DNA from: Candidatus Binatia bacterium
Lineage (GTDB): Bacteria > Desulfobacterota > Binatia > UBA9968 > JAJDTQ01
Length of the DNA: 64,000 nucleotides
Assembly (NCBI GenBank): GCA_963666515.2
Contig: OY762897.2
Location: 2,240,001-2,304,000 of the forward strand
Direction: 5' to 3'
Shown here: positions 31,458 to 40,800 of the stretch, one piece after another
Numbering within the stretch: position 1 is the stretch's first letter
How the letters are laid out: the number at the start of each line of letters is the position of its first letter
Translations under genes and position numbers: made by a program
Notes under the pieces: model-generated
What the model was told of the DNA's origin: nothing
The model's input: only the letters and a program-made list of their open reading frames with translations
The model's database searches: none

Positions 31458-32213
31458 TTACGCGATGAAGACCCGGCCGCCGTCGACGTTGATCACCTGC
31501 CCGCTGATCATGTCGCTGTCGTCCGAGGCCAGGAAGACCACGACGCCGTCCAAGTCCTCCGGCAAGAGGTGGCGCTCGATGCAGCGTTGCCGCAGCATGT
31601 GCTCGGACGGCGTCTCCGGCGCCTCCCGGACCTGTGAGGTGTCCACCCCTCCCGGCGCAATCGCGTTGACGTTGATGTTGAACGGGCCCAAGTCCGTGGC
31701 CAGCGAGCGGGTCAGGCCGATCACCCCCATCTTGGACGATGCGTACTGATGGCTCAGGGTGCGGCCGTGGAGCGCCACGCTGGAGCTGATGTTGATGATC
31801 TTGCCCTTGCTCGACCGCTTCATGTAGGGCACCACCGCGCGGGCGGCGAGAAACGTCCCGGTAAGGTTGACCGCGATGATCCGGTGCCAGTCCGCCACGT
31901 CGGTCTCCTCGACGGGGACCCGCGGCGTGTTGCGCACGATGCCGGCGTTGTTCACCAGGATGTCGATGCTGCCGAAGTGATCGAAGGCTTTCTTCGCTCC
32001 GTCCAGCGTCTGCTGCTCGGAGGTCACGTCCATCTCCAGCGCCAGGGCCTTGCGGCCCTTCGCCTCCACCAGCCGGGCGGTCTCCCGTACCCCGGCGAAA
32101 CTCACGTCCGTGGCGCACACGTGAGCCCCTTCCTCGGCCAGCCTCACCGCATACGCCCGGCCCAGGCCCGTGGCCGCGCCGGTCACCAGGGCAACACGAT
32201 TTTCAAGTCTCAT
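31458..32213 (-). CDS. SDR family oxidoreductase (FabG-like)
   Basis: TGAATGLG, NNAG, YASSK, NAIAPG. Confidence 0.92.
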   Translation of the reverse strand: MRLENRVALVTGAATGLGRAYAVRLAEEGAHVCATDVSFAGVRETARLVEAKGRKALALEMDVTSEQQTLDGAKKAFDHFGSIDILVNNAGIVRNTPRVPVEETDVADWHRIIAVNLTGTFLAARAVVPYMKRSSKGKIINISSSVALHGRTLSHQYASSKMGVIGLTRSLATDLGPFNINVNAIAPGGVDTSQVREAPETPSEHMLRQRCIERHLLPEDLDGVVVFLASDDSDMISGQVINVDGGRVFIA

Positions 32214-32679
32214 GGCTCCGCTCCAGGTCGAGCAGGTACTGCTTCACGTCCAGCCCTCCGCCGTACCCGGTCAACTTCCCGTTTCCGCCGATGACCCGGT
32301 GACAGGGAACCACGATGGCGATGGGATTGCGCCCGTTGGCCGCTCCCACCGCGCGCACTGCGGCCGGCTGTCCTATGGCCCGCGCCTGCTCGCCGTAGGA
32401 GCGGGTGGCGCCGTAGGGAATGTCCTGAAGCGCCGTCCACGCGCGCAACTGGAACGGCGTGCCGGACGGAGCCAGAGGCAGGTCGAACCCTCTCCGCCGC
32501 CCCCGGAAGTATTCATCGAGCTGCCGCCTCGCCTTGGCCACCAACGCCCCACCCTTCCGCCAGCCTTCGACGACCCTGCCTGGATGCCGCCCCTCCCGGA
32601 AACCGATCATCCTGACCGCGTTCTCGTCGGCCACGATCAGAAGCTCGCCCACCGGACTCTCCATCCAGTCGTAGTTCAT
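32203..32679 (-). CDS. ogt: methylated-DNA--protein-cysteine methyltransferase
   Basis: GTPFQ, IPYGATRSY, RAVGAANGRNP, VPCHRV. Confidence 0.95.
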   Translation of the reverse strand: MNYDWMESPVGELLIVADENAVRMIGFREGRHPGRVVEGWRKGGALVAKARRQLDEYFRGRRRGFDLPLAPSGTPFQLRAWTALQDIPYGATRSYGEQARAIGQPAAVRAVGAANGRNPIAIVVPCHRVIGGNGKLTGYGGGLDVKQYLLDLERSHET

Positions 32680-32775
32680 GTCCTTCCCTTTCCACTCCCC
32701 GAAACTTGCTTAAAATCCAATCCTTGTTTGTGTGAACAAGCCGCAGAGTATTGACAAACTCGCGGGTGGCGCCCC

Positions 32776-33861
32776 TCAGTCTTCCACCGGCACCATCCAG
32801 CCGTGGCGGTCCGGCAGGCGGCCGCGCTGGATGTCCGACAGGTCGTTGAACAGGCGCTGTGCCAGCGGACCCACTTCGCCGCCGTGGACGCGGATCCGCT
32901 CGCCCCTGTAGGCCAGCTCGCCCACCGGGGAGATGACCGCGGCGGTGCCGGTGCCGAAGACCTCCCGCAGGGCGCCGTCGCGGGCCGCGGCCATGACTTT
33001 AGCGATGGTCACTGGCCGTTCGGCTACGCTCACGCCGTAGTCCCTTGCAAGCTGGAGCACGGACTCGCGGGTCACGCCCTCCAGCAGCGTGCCGGAGACC
33101 GGCGGCGTCACCAGCTCGTCGCCGATCACGAAGGCGATGTTCATGGAGCCGACTTCCTCGATGTATTCCTGGTTGATGCCGTCCAGCCACAGGACCTGGG
33201 CGAAGCCGTCCCGCTGGGCTTCTTCTCCGGCCAGCAGGCTGCCGGCGTAGTTCCCTGCGGTCTTGGCCGCGCCGGTGCCGCCCCGCACCGACCGGGCGTA
33301 GCGGTCTTCCACGCGGATCCGCAGCGGGTTGAAGCCTTCGGAGTAATAGGCCGCCACCGGCGAGAGGATGATGAAGAACTGGTAGGTGCGCGAGGGACGC
33401 ACGTGCAGGTCGGGGTCTTTCGCGAAGGCCACCGGCCGGATGTACAGGGAGGTGCCCGGCGCCCGCGGCACCCATTCCCGGTCCACGGCGACGAGCTGCC
33501 TGAGGGCGGCAAGGAACAGGTCCGGGTCGATGGGCGGCACGCACAGCCGCGTCGCCGAGCGGTTGAAGCGGGCGATGTTCCGGTCGGGGCGGAACAGCCG
33601 GACGGCATCATCTTCCCCGCGGTACGCCTTGAGTCCCTCGAAAATGCTCTGCGCGTAGTGGAGCACCACCGTGGCCGGCTCCAGCTCCAGCGGGCCGTAA
33701 GGCACGATGCGCGGGTCGGACCAGCCCGCGTCTCCCGCCGCGTCCAGGAGGAACATGTGGTCGGTGAACACTTGGCCGAAGCCAAGCTGGTCGTCCCGCG
33801 GCTTGGCCTTGGGCCGTTGGATGCGTGTAAACGGAATCTCGAAATTCATTGACGACAACAT
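32776..33861 (-). CDS. ilvE: branched-chain amino acid aminotransferase
   Basis: LGFGQVFTDHM, LHYAQSIFEGLKAY, AKTAGNY, EEVGSMN, GTAAVISPVG. Confidence 0.95.
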   Translation of the reverse strand: MLSSMNFEIPFTRIQRPKAKPRDDQLGFGQVFTDHMFLLDAAGDAGWSDPRIVPYGPLELEPATVVLHYAQSIFEGLKAYRGEDDAVRLFRPDRNIARFNRSATRLCVPPIDPDLFLAALRQLVAVDREWVPRAPGTSLYIRPVAFAKDPDLHVRPSRTYQFFIILSPVAAYYSEGFNPLRIRVEDRYARSVRGGTGAAKTAGNYAGSLLAGEEAQRDGFAQVLWLDGINQEYIEEVGSMNIAFVIGDELVTPPVSGTLLEGVTRESVLQLARDYGVSVAERPVTIAKVMAAARDGALREVFGTGTAAVISPVGELAYRGERIRVHGGEVGPLAQRLFNDLSDIQRGRLPDRHGWMVPVED

Positions 33862-33933
33862 ACTCCTTGAGTCCGCCCAGTGTACTACACGCTACGCCCG
33901 TTTCGGAAAAGCCCGTCCAGCCACGAAGCAGGT

Positions 33934-33962
33934 TTGACAGTGTAGCATTTCCGCAACATAAT
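33934..33962 (+). promoter_or_regulatory. sigma70-type promoter for the ABC operon
   Basis: TTGACA-N17-CATAAT. Confidence 0.6.
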
Positions 33963-34048
33963 CGGGTGCGGGTTTGTCGGGTGCGGATCGAGCACCCGGT
34001 TGCCCCACCACAAGCCGGACAACAACGGAAAAAGGAGGAACGAGAACC

Positions 34049-35395
34049 ATGTCCATAAGGAGACAGACATTCAGCATCCTGTTGGTTGCGCTGGCGCTGG
34101 CCGTCGCGGCGCCGTTCAGCGCCGGCGCGGTCGAGAACAAGCTGGTCGTCGTCACGTCGTATCCGCCGGACACGACCAACACGGTGAAGGCGGCCTTCGA
34201 GAAGAAGCACCCCGGCGTCAAGGTCGAGATGCTGCGGAAGAAGACCACCGCCGGCATCAAGTACCTGCAGGAGACCGCCGGCAACAACCGCTCCGACATG
34301 TTCTGGGCCTCGGCCCCCGACGCCTTCGAGGTGCTGAAGGGAGACGGGCTGCTGCAGAAGTACGAGGTCAAGGTCAAGGGCATTCCGCAGAAGGTGGGGG
34401 CTTTCCCCATCAACGATCCCGAGGGCTACTACAAGGGGTTCGCCGCTTCCGGCTACGGCATCATGTGGAACACCCGCTACCTCAAGGCCAAGAAGCTGCC
34501 GGTGCCGAAGACCTGGGCGGACCTGGCCAAGCCGGTCTACCACGGCCACGTGGGCATGAGCGCGCCGTCGCGCTCGGGAACCACCCACCTGACCGTCGAG
34601 ACCCTGCTCCAGGGGAAGGGCTGGGAAGAGGGCTGGGCCATCTGGAAGGCCATCGCGGGCAACTTCAAGACCGTCACCGAGCGCAGCTTCGGCGTGCCCG
34701 ACGGCGTCAACTCGGGCCAGTTCGGCATCGGCATCGTCATCGACTTCTTCGGGCTGTCGTCGGAGGCCTCGGGCTTCCCGGTGAAGTTCCTCTACCCGCA
34801 GGTGACGACCCTGGTGCCGGCGAACATTGCCATCGTCAGCAACGCACCGCACCCCAAGGCCGCGGGGGCTTTCATCGAGTTCCTGCTGTCGTCCGAGGGC
34901 CAGGAGGTGCTGCTGGACCCGAAGATCCGGCGGCTGCCGGTGAACCCGGCGACCTATGCCAAGGCGCCGGCCGGCTTCCCGAACCCGTTCAAGGACAAGT
35001 CCATCGGCGCCGCGGTCAAGTTCGACCTCGAACTCTCCAAGAACCGCTACAACGTGATCAACTCGCTCTTCGACGTCATGGTCACCTACCGGCTGGACGA
35101 CCTGCGCGCGGCCACCAAGGCGATCCACAACGCCGAGGCGACGATGGGGAGCAAGTCCAACGCCGAAGCGCGGAAGCTGATCGACGAAGCCAAGGCGCTG
35201 GTGGCCGCGGTGCCCATCGAGGCCGCCCAGGCGGGCAAGGCGGACTTCAACAGTATCTTCAAGAAGAAGCGCAAGAAGGCCACCACCAAGGTGACCGGCC
35301 GCCAGGCGGAGATCGAGCAGGCGTGGGACGCCAAGGTCAAGGCCAACTACACCAAGGCAAGATCGCTGGCCGAGAAGGCCGCGTCCATGCTGTAG
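34049..35395 (+). CDS. ABC transporter substrate-binding protein (FbpA/PgtC-like)
   Basis: GGAGG RBS, signal peptide, DMFWASAPDAF, PSRSGTTHL, GIVIDFFG. Confidence 0.87.
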   Translation: MSIRRQTFSILLVALALAVAAPFSAGAVENKLVVVTSYPPDTTNTVKAAFEKKHPGVKVEMLRKKTTAGIKYLQETAGNNRSDMFWASAPDAFEVLKGDGLLQKYEVKVKGIPQKVGAFPINDPEGYYKGFAASGYGIMWNTRYLKAKKLPVPKTWADLAKPVYHGHVGMSAPSRSGTTHLTVETLLQGKGWEEGWAIWKAIAGNFKTVTERSFGVPDGVNSGQFGIGIVIDFFGLSSEASGFPVKFLYPQVTTLVPANIAIVSNAPHPKAAGAFIEFLLSSEGQEVLLDPKIRRLPVNPATYAKAPAGFPNPFKDKSIGAAVKFDLELSKNRYNVINSLFDVMVTYRLDDLRAATKAIHNAEATMGSKSNAEARKLIDEAKALVAAVPIEAAQAGKADFNSIFKKKRKKATTKVTGRQAEIEQAWDAKVKANYTKARSLAEKAASML

Positions 35396-35496
35396 CCCGA
35401 ATGCGAGTCCGGTAGCCCGTGCCCCCGCGTGGGGTACGGGCCGCCGGTTATCTCGGCGGCGGGTCCGTACAGGCAAGGAACTCCGTGTACGCGGCA

Positions 35497-37194
35497 ATGC
35501 GCGGCCAGTGGGGGCCGGCGGCGGTGGTGGCCGTGGTGGGCCTCTTCCTGTTGGTGTTCCTGGTGCTGCCCGTAGTGAACGTGATCTACGTGGCGTTCCA
35601 GGACCCCAACACGGGCGCCCTCACCCTGATCAACTTCGTCGACTTCTTCCGCACCAGCCTGTTCCAGGAATCCTCCATCAACTCGCTCTACGTGGCGGCC
35701 ATGGCGGTGGTGGTGTCGTCGTGCTTCGCCCTGCCGCTGGCCTATTTCACCTCCCGCTTCAACTTCAAGGGCGCCGTCCTGATCCAGACCCTGGGCATCA
35801 TCCCGCTGATCATGCCCCCCTTCGTCGGCGCCGTGGCGATGCTGCTGCTGCTCGGCGAGAACGGCTCCGTCAACCTGCTGCTGGACGAGTGGTTCGGCTT
35901 CACCATCCCGTTCATGGAAGGGCTCAACGGCGTCATCCTGGTGGAGAGCATCCACTACTTCCCGTTCATCCTCATCAACCTCTCGGCGGCGCTCAACAAC
36001 ATCGACCGGTCCATGGAGGAATCGGCGCAGAACCTGGGCGCCAGCGGCCTGCGGCTGTTCCGCCGCATCGTGTTCCCGCTGGCCATGCCCGGATACGTGG
36101 CCGGCGCGTCGCTGGTGTTCCTGAAGGTGTTCGACGACATCGGCACGCCGCTCTTGCTGAACGTCAACAACATGCTGGCGCCGCAGGCCTATCTGCGCAT
36201 CTCCTCCATCGGCATCGCCGACCCCATGGGCTACGTGATCTCGGTGATCCTGGTGATCTTCTCGCTGCTGGCGCTGTGGACCTCCTTTCTGGCGTTACGC
36301 AACAAGGACTACGCCATGCTGCAGAAAGGGGGCGGCGGCCTGATGAAACGGGACCTCCGGCCGTGGGAGAAGGCCGCCTGCTACGGCGTGGTCGTCTTCA
36401 TCCTGCTGCTGGTGCTGTCGCCCCACTTCGGGCTCATGCTGCTGTCCTTCGGCACCGTCTGGTCGTTCAGCGTGCTGCCCGACGGCTACACCACCGCGCA
36501 CTACGTGCAGGTGGTGTCGTCGTCGTTCCAGTTCATCAGCAACACGCTGCTCTACGCCGGCCTGGCCGCGGCCATCGACGTCTGCTTCGGCACCGCCATC
36601 GCGTACGTGGTCTGGCGCACCAGGCTGATCGGCCGGCAGTGGCTGGACTACATCGCCATGGGGGCCGTCGCCATCCCCGGGGTGGTCCTGGGGATCGGCT
36701 ACCTGCGCACCTTCTACGAGTTCAACGTGCCCCTCATCGACAAGCCGCTGGCGTCCTGGTGGGTCATCATCGTCGTCGCCCTGGCCATCCGCAGGATGCC
36801 CTACGCTCTGCGCGCCTGCACCGCGGCGCTGCAGCAGATCAGCGTCATGCTGGAGGAAGCGGCCGAGAACCTCGGCGCCACCAAGGGCCGCACGGTCCGC
36901 CGCATCGTGGTGCCGCTGATGGCGGGGGGCATCGTCGCCGGCTTCGTCACCAGCTTCGCCACCGCCGCGGTGGAGCTGTCCACGACCATCATGCTGGTGT
37001 CGCAGGAATCGGACGCGCCGCTGGCGTTCGGCATCTACGAGTTCATGCAGTCGGCCGCGGGACGCGGACCCGGCGCGGCCCTCGGCATCGTCGCGGTGGT
37101 CATCGTCGGCATCACCACCTACGTCTCGCACCGCTTCATCCAGCGCAAGGAAACCCAGCGGACCCCCGACGTGACGGTGGTGGCGGGAGCGTGA
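35497..37194 (+). CDS. ABC transporter permease, FbpB-like (duplicated domain)
   Basis: Two EAA loops (EESAQNLGAS, EEAAENLGAT); start uncertain (35419-35497). Confidence 0.9.
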   Translation: MRGQWGPAAVVAVVGLFLLVFLVLPVVNVIYVAFQDPNTGALTLINFVDFFRTSLFQESSINSLYVAAMAVVVSSCFALPLAYFTSRFNFKGAVLIQTLGIIPLIMPPFVGAVAMLLLLGENGSVNLLLDEWFGFTIPFMEGLNGVILVESIHYFPFILINLSAALNNIDRSMEESAQNLGASGLRLFRRIVFPLAMPGYVAGASLVFLKVFDDIGTPLLLNVNNMLAPQAYLRISSIGIADPMGYVISVILVIFSLLALWTSFLALRNKDYAMLQKGGGGLMKRDLRPWEKAACYGVVVFILLLVLSPHFGLMLLSFGTVWSFSVLPDGYTTAHYVQVVSSSFQFISNTLLYAGLAAAIDVCFGTAIAYVVWRTRLIGRQWLDYIAMGAVAIPGVVLGIGYLRTFYEFNVPLIDKPLASWWVIIVVALAIRRMPYALRACTAALQQISVMLEEAAENLGATKGRTVRRIVVPLMAGGIVAGFVTSFATAAVELSTTIMLVSQESDAPLAFGIYEFMQSAAGRGPGAALGIVAVVIVGITTYVSHRFIQRKETQRTPDVTVVAGA

Positions 37195-37196
37195 GC

Positions 37197-38282
37197 ATGG
37201 AATCGGAAAACGCCGCCGGCGTGGTCATCGAGGGGCTCAGCCTGGCCTACGACGCCACCGACGTGCTGAAGGGCGTCGACCTGCGGATCGAGGCGGGCGA
37301 GCTGTTCACCTTCCTGGGTCCGTCCGGCTCCGGCAAATCGACCTTGTTGCGTTGCGTGGCCGGTTTCGGCCCGACGCCCCGCGGACGCATCCTGATCGGC
37401 GACCACGACGTGACGCGGCTGCCGCCCTGGCGGCGGAACGTCGGCATGGTGTTTCAGTCGTACGCGCTGTGGCCGCACATGACCGTGTACCGGAACGTCG
37501 CCTTCGGGCTCGAGGAGCGCAGAACGCCGTCGGCCGAGATCCCGAAACGGGTGAAGGCCGCGCTGGACATGGTGGGTCTCTGGGAGCTGGCGGAGCGGCG
37601 GCCGTCACAGCTTTCCGGCGGCCAGCAGCAGCGGGTGGCGGTGGCCCGTACCATCGTCGTCGAGCCTCGTGTCCTGCTGCTGGACGAGCCGCTGTCCAAC
37701 CTGGACGCCAACCTGCGCGTGCAGATGCGGCGCGAGATCCTCGACCTGCAACGGAAACTCAAGCTCACCACCATCTTCGTCACCCACGACCAGGAGGAGG
37801 CCAACACCATCTCGGACCGGATCGCGGTCCTCGACCAGGGCATCCTTCAACAGGTGGGATCGCCCATGGACCTCTACGACACGCCCGTCAACCGGTTCGT
37901 CGCCGATTTCCTCGGCAGCGCCAACCTGCTGGACGGGCGCGTGGAGGCAGCCGGCGAGGGCGCGCGCTTCGTGGCCGCCGGCGGCATCGTCCTGCCGCTC
38001 CCCGGTGAGCGCCACACACCCGGAGACGGCCGCACCGCCATGTTCCGTCCCCAGGACGCAAGCATCGCCGCGGCGGGCGATGCCGGCGGCGCCACGGCCT
38101 TCGCCGGCCGTGTCAGCCATCGCGAATTCCTCGGAAACCTCATCCGCTATACCGTCGCGGTCGACGACAAGGTGTCCCTGCTGGTTGACGATACGCACCA
38201 GTCCGGGCGCCGCGCCTTTTCGGTCGGCGACAGCGTGACGGTCAACGTCGACACCGAACGTGTACGGGTACTGACCGGCTGA
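37197..38282 (+). CDS. ABC transporter ATP-binding protein (FbpC/PotA-like)
   Basis: 3' part of the track ORF 35508..38282; GPSGSGKST, LSGGQQQR, DEPLSNLD. Confidence 0.92.
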   Translation: MESENAAGVVIEGLSLAYDATDVLKGVDLRIEAGELFTFLGPSGSGKSTLLRCVAGFGPTPRGRILIGDHDVTRLPPWRRNVGMVFQSYALWPHMTVYRNVAFGLEERRTPSAEIPKRVKAALDMVGLWELAERRPSQLSGGQQQRVAVARTIVVEPRVLLLDEPLSNLDANLRVQMRREILDLQRKLKLTTIFVTHDQEEANTISDRIAVLDQGILQQVGSPMDLYDTPVNRFVADFLGSANLLDGRVEAAGEGARFVAAGGIVLPLPGERHTPGDGRTAMFRPQDASIAAAGDAGGATAFAGRVSHREFLGNLIRYTVAVDDKVSLLVDDTHQSGRRAFSVGDSVTVNVDTERVRVLTG

Positions 38283-38332
38283 CGCGAGCACAGGGGTCCC
38301 GCGTCCACCTGCTCCGGGCGAACGGGGAGGCT

Positions 38333-38959
38333 CTACCCTTCCGCCCTGGCGGCGGCTTTCCGCGCTTCCAGCTCCGCGGCCTCGGCCGCGGTCTTGCCCC
38401 ACAGGGGCGGGTCCTTGAGGTACTCTTCCTCTTCCGGCGTGTTCGGGCGTCCCAGGACCGCGTTGCGATGGGGGAAGCGGCCGAAGCGCTTGATGGCGGC
38501 ATGATGGCCGACCGCAGCCCTCATGGAATCCTCGTTACCGAGGCTGCCGTAGAGGACCAGCGCCCGTTCCTGGTCGGCCAGCCGTTCGCTGTGCTCGAAC
38601 GGCAGGTAGATGAAAGTCCTGGGCCAGCGGGCGAACCCCCGGTCGTAACCCTGCTCCAGGGCATACCCGGCGACCTCGCGGGCCTTGGCGTCGGTGGCGA
38701 AGGCGCGGGGCGTGCCGCGGTAGATGTTGCGCGGGAACTGGTCCAGGGCCATGATCAGGGTCAGGCAGTCCTCGGGCGTCCGCTTGAAGTGGTCCAACTC
38801 GCCGGCCGCGGCGCGCTCGTGAACCCCGGTGTAGTGATCGACCAGGTGCCGGTCGAACTCCGGGGTGGCGCGAAACCACACCTGGCGCTTCTCCATCTCG
38901 ACGCTCAGGTCCAGCGTGCCGAACCAGAAAGTGAGTATCTCTCTCGATAGAGCTTCCAC
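38333..38959 (-). CDS. DUF924 family protein
   Basis: ILTFWFG, LDQFPRNIYRG, YLPFEHSE, RFGRFPHRN..LGR; GTG start at 38959. Confidence 0.88.
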   Translation of the reverse strand: MEALSREILTFWFGTLDLSVEMEKRQVWFRATPEFDRHLVDHYTGVHERAAAGELDHFKRTPEDCLTLIMALDQFPRNIYRGTPRAFATDAKAREVAGYALEQGYDRGFARWPRTFIYLPFEHSERLADQERALVLYGSLGNEDSMRAAVGHHAAIKRFGRFPHRNAVLGRPNTPEEEEYLKDPPLWGKTAAEAAELEARKAAARAEG

Positions 38960-39061
38960 GCGTCCTCCGGCGAAAGAAAGGTCGCTGCAAGTCTTGACCA
39001 ACAGAGGTCCAATTGCAACACTGCCCAAGCGCGGGCGGGTCGATCCGGTCTCCGGGAGGTC

Positions 39062-40024
39062 ATTACGGCAAACTTCGACGACAAGGTCGCGGCAAGCGGC
39101 CGGTCCCTCCACAAGCAGAAGCTGCAAGTGCTTCAGGTCAACATGGGGAAGTACTGCAACCAGTCGTGCTTCCACTGCCACGTGGAGGCCGGGCCGGGCC
39201 GCAAGGAGATGATGGACCGCGCCACCGTGGACGACGTGCTGCGGTTCCTCGAAAACTCCGACATCCCCACCGTGGACATCACCGGCGGCGCGCCGGAGCT
39301 GAACCCCCACTTCGACCATCTCGTGGAATCCTGCAGGGACATGGGACGCCACGTGATGGACCGATGCAACCTCACGGTCTTCTACGAGGAAGGCAAGGAG
39401 TACCTGCCCGAGTTCTTCAAGCGCCACCGGGTCGAGGTGATCTGTTCCCTGCCCTGCTACACCAGGGAGAACGTGGACAGCCAGCGCGGCAACGGCACCT
39501 TTGAACTGAGCGTGCGCGGGCTGCAGGAACTGAACCGCCTGGGCTACGGCCGGCCCGGCTCGGGGCTGGAGCTGAATCTCGTCTACAACCCCATGGGCAA
39601 CTACCTGCCGCCGCCCCAGGAGCAACTCGAGGGCGACTACCGGCGCATGTTGGGCGAGGAGTTCGGCATCGTCTTCAACCACCTCTACTGCCTGACCAAC
39701 ATGCCCATCACCCGCTTCAGGAAATTCCTCAAGCAGCGGGGACAGTACGACGACTACCTGCAGCTCCTGGAGGACAACTTCAACGCCGAGACGGTGGAGA
39801 AGGTCATGTGCCGCGACCTCCTGAGCGTGGCGTGGGACGGCTCGGTGTACGACTGCGACTTCAACCAGATGCTCGACATGCCCCTGGGCCGCGTGAACGG
39901 GAAGAAGCCCCACATCCGGGAGTTCTCGGCAGCGGACTTCGAGGACCAGCCCATCCTCACCGCGAACCACTGCTACGCCTGCACCGCGGGCACCGGCAGC
40001 AGTTGCGGCGGCGCCCTGGTCTGA
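39062..40024 (+). CDS. arsS: ArsS-like radical SAM / Cys-rich protein (arsenosugar-biosynthesis family)
   Basis: LQVNMGKYCNQSCFHCHV, DITGGAPE, SLPCY, YDCDFNQML, HCYACTAGTGSSCGG; first canonical start is GTG 39128 but the family-like N-terminus extends to about 39062. Confidence 0.87.
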   Translation: MTANFDDKVAASGRSLHKQKLQVLQVNMGKYCNQSCFHCHVEAGPGRKEMMDRATVDDVLRFLENSDIPTVDITGGAPELNPHFDHLVESCRDMGRHVMDRCNLTVFYEEGKEYLPEFFKRHRVEVICSLPCYTRENVDSQRGNGTFELSVRGLQELNRLGYGRPGSGLELNLVYNPMGNYLPPPQEQLEGDYRRMLGEEFGIVFNHLYCLTNMPITRFRKFLKQRGQYDDYLQLLEDNFNAETVEKVMCRDLLSVAWDGSVYDCDFNQMLDMPLGRVNGKKPHIREFSAADFEDQPILTANHCYACTAGTGSSCGGALV

Positions 40025-40056
40025 CGCGCCGACGCCCGGCCGCGGACGACCCGTCC

Positions 40057-40734
40057 ATGCGGCTTTCCATCATCATCCCCGCCCTGAACGAGGAACGCGC
40101 CATCGCCGGCGCCGTCGGCAACGCGGCGCGCATCGAACCCCACGAGATCATCGTCGTGGACGGCGGCAGCACGGACCGCACCCCGGACATCGTGCGGGAC
40201 GGCCCGGCCCGGCTGGTGTTCTCCGCCAGGGGGCGCGCGGCGCAGATGAACGAGGGCGCCCGGCGCGCCGAAGGCGACGTGCTGCTGTTCCTCCACGCCG
40301 ACACCGCGCTGCCCGACACCGCAAGGCTCGACGTCGAAGGCGGCATGGCCGACCCGGAATGCGTGGGCGGCCGTTTCGATATCCGCCTGGACAGCGAGCG
40401 CCCGCTGCTCCGGGTGGTCGGCCGCATGATCAGCCTGCGTTCCCGTCTGACCCGGGTGGCCACCGGAGACCAGGCCATCTTCGTGCGGCGGTCCGCGTTC
40501 GACGGGCTGGGCGGCTTCCCCGAGATTCCCATCATGGAGGACGTGGCGTTCTGCCGCGCGCTCAAGAAGGAAGGACGCATCGCCTGCCTGCGCTCGCGGG
40601 TGGTCAGCTCGGCCCGGCGGTGGGAGCGGAACGGCCCGGTGCGGACCATCCTGCTCATGTGGGCGCTGAAGCTGCTCTTCCTCGCCGGAGTGCCGCCGGC
40701 GACCCTGAAGCGGCTCTACAGCGAGGCCCGCTAG
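40057..40734 (+). CDS. GT2 glycosyltransferase, TIGR04283-like (ArsS-associated)
   Basis: SIIIPALNE, VDGGSTD, GRAAQMN, FLHAD, GDQAIF, IMED, SARRW. Confidence 0.88.
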   Translation: MRLSIIIPALNEERAIAGAVGNAARIEPHEIIVVDGGSTDRTPDIVRDGPARLVFSARGRAAQMNEGARRAEGDVLLFLHADTALPDTARLDVEGGMADPECVGGRFDIRLDSERPLLRVVGRMISLRSRLTRVATGDQAIFVRRSAFDGLGGFPEIPIMEDVAFCRALKKEGRIACLRSRVVSSARRWERNGPVRTILLMWALKLLFLAGVPPATLKRLYSEAR

Positions 40735-40800
40735 TGCCTGTGCCCGGACAGCCGCCAACTTTGACCGTTTCGCCGGCTTTGTGTTAGGTTGGCGTTCCCG

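Noticed and set aside
35508-38282. 924-aa ORF suggesting a long ATPase fusion
   Set aside because: The N-terminal part is an alternative frame of the permease; the ATPase starts at 37197
39128-40060. Possible selenocysteine recoding in the ArsS-like gene
   Set aside because: No in-frame TGA at Cys positions; the terminal TGA follows the normal CGGALV end
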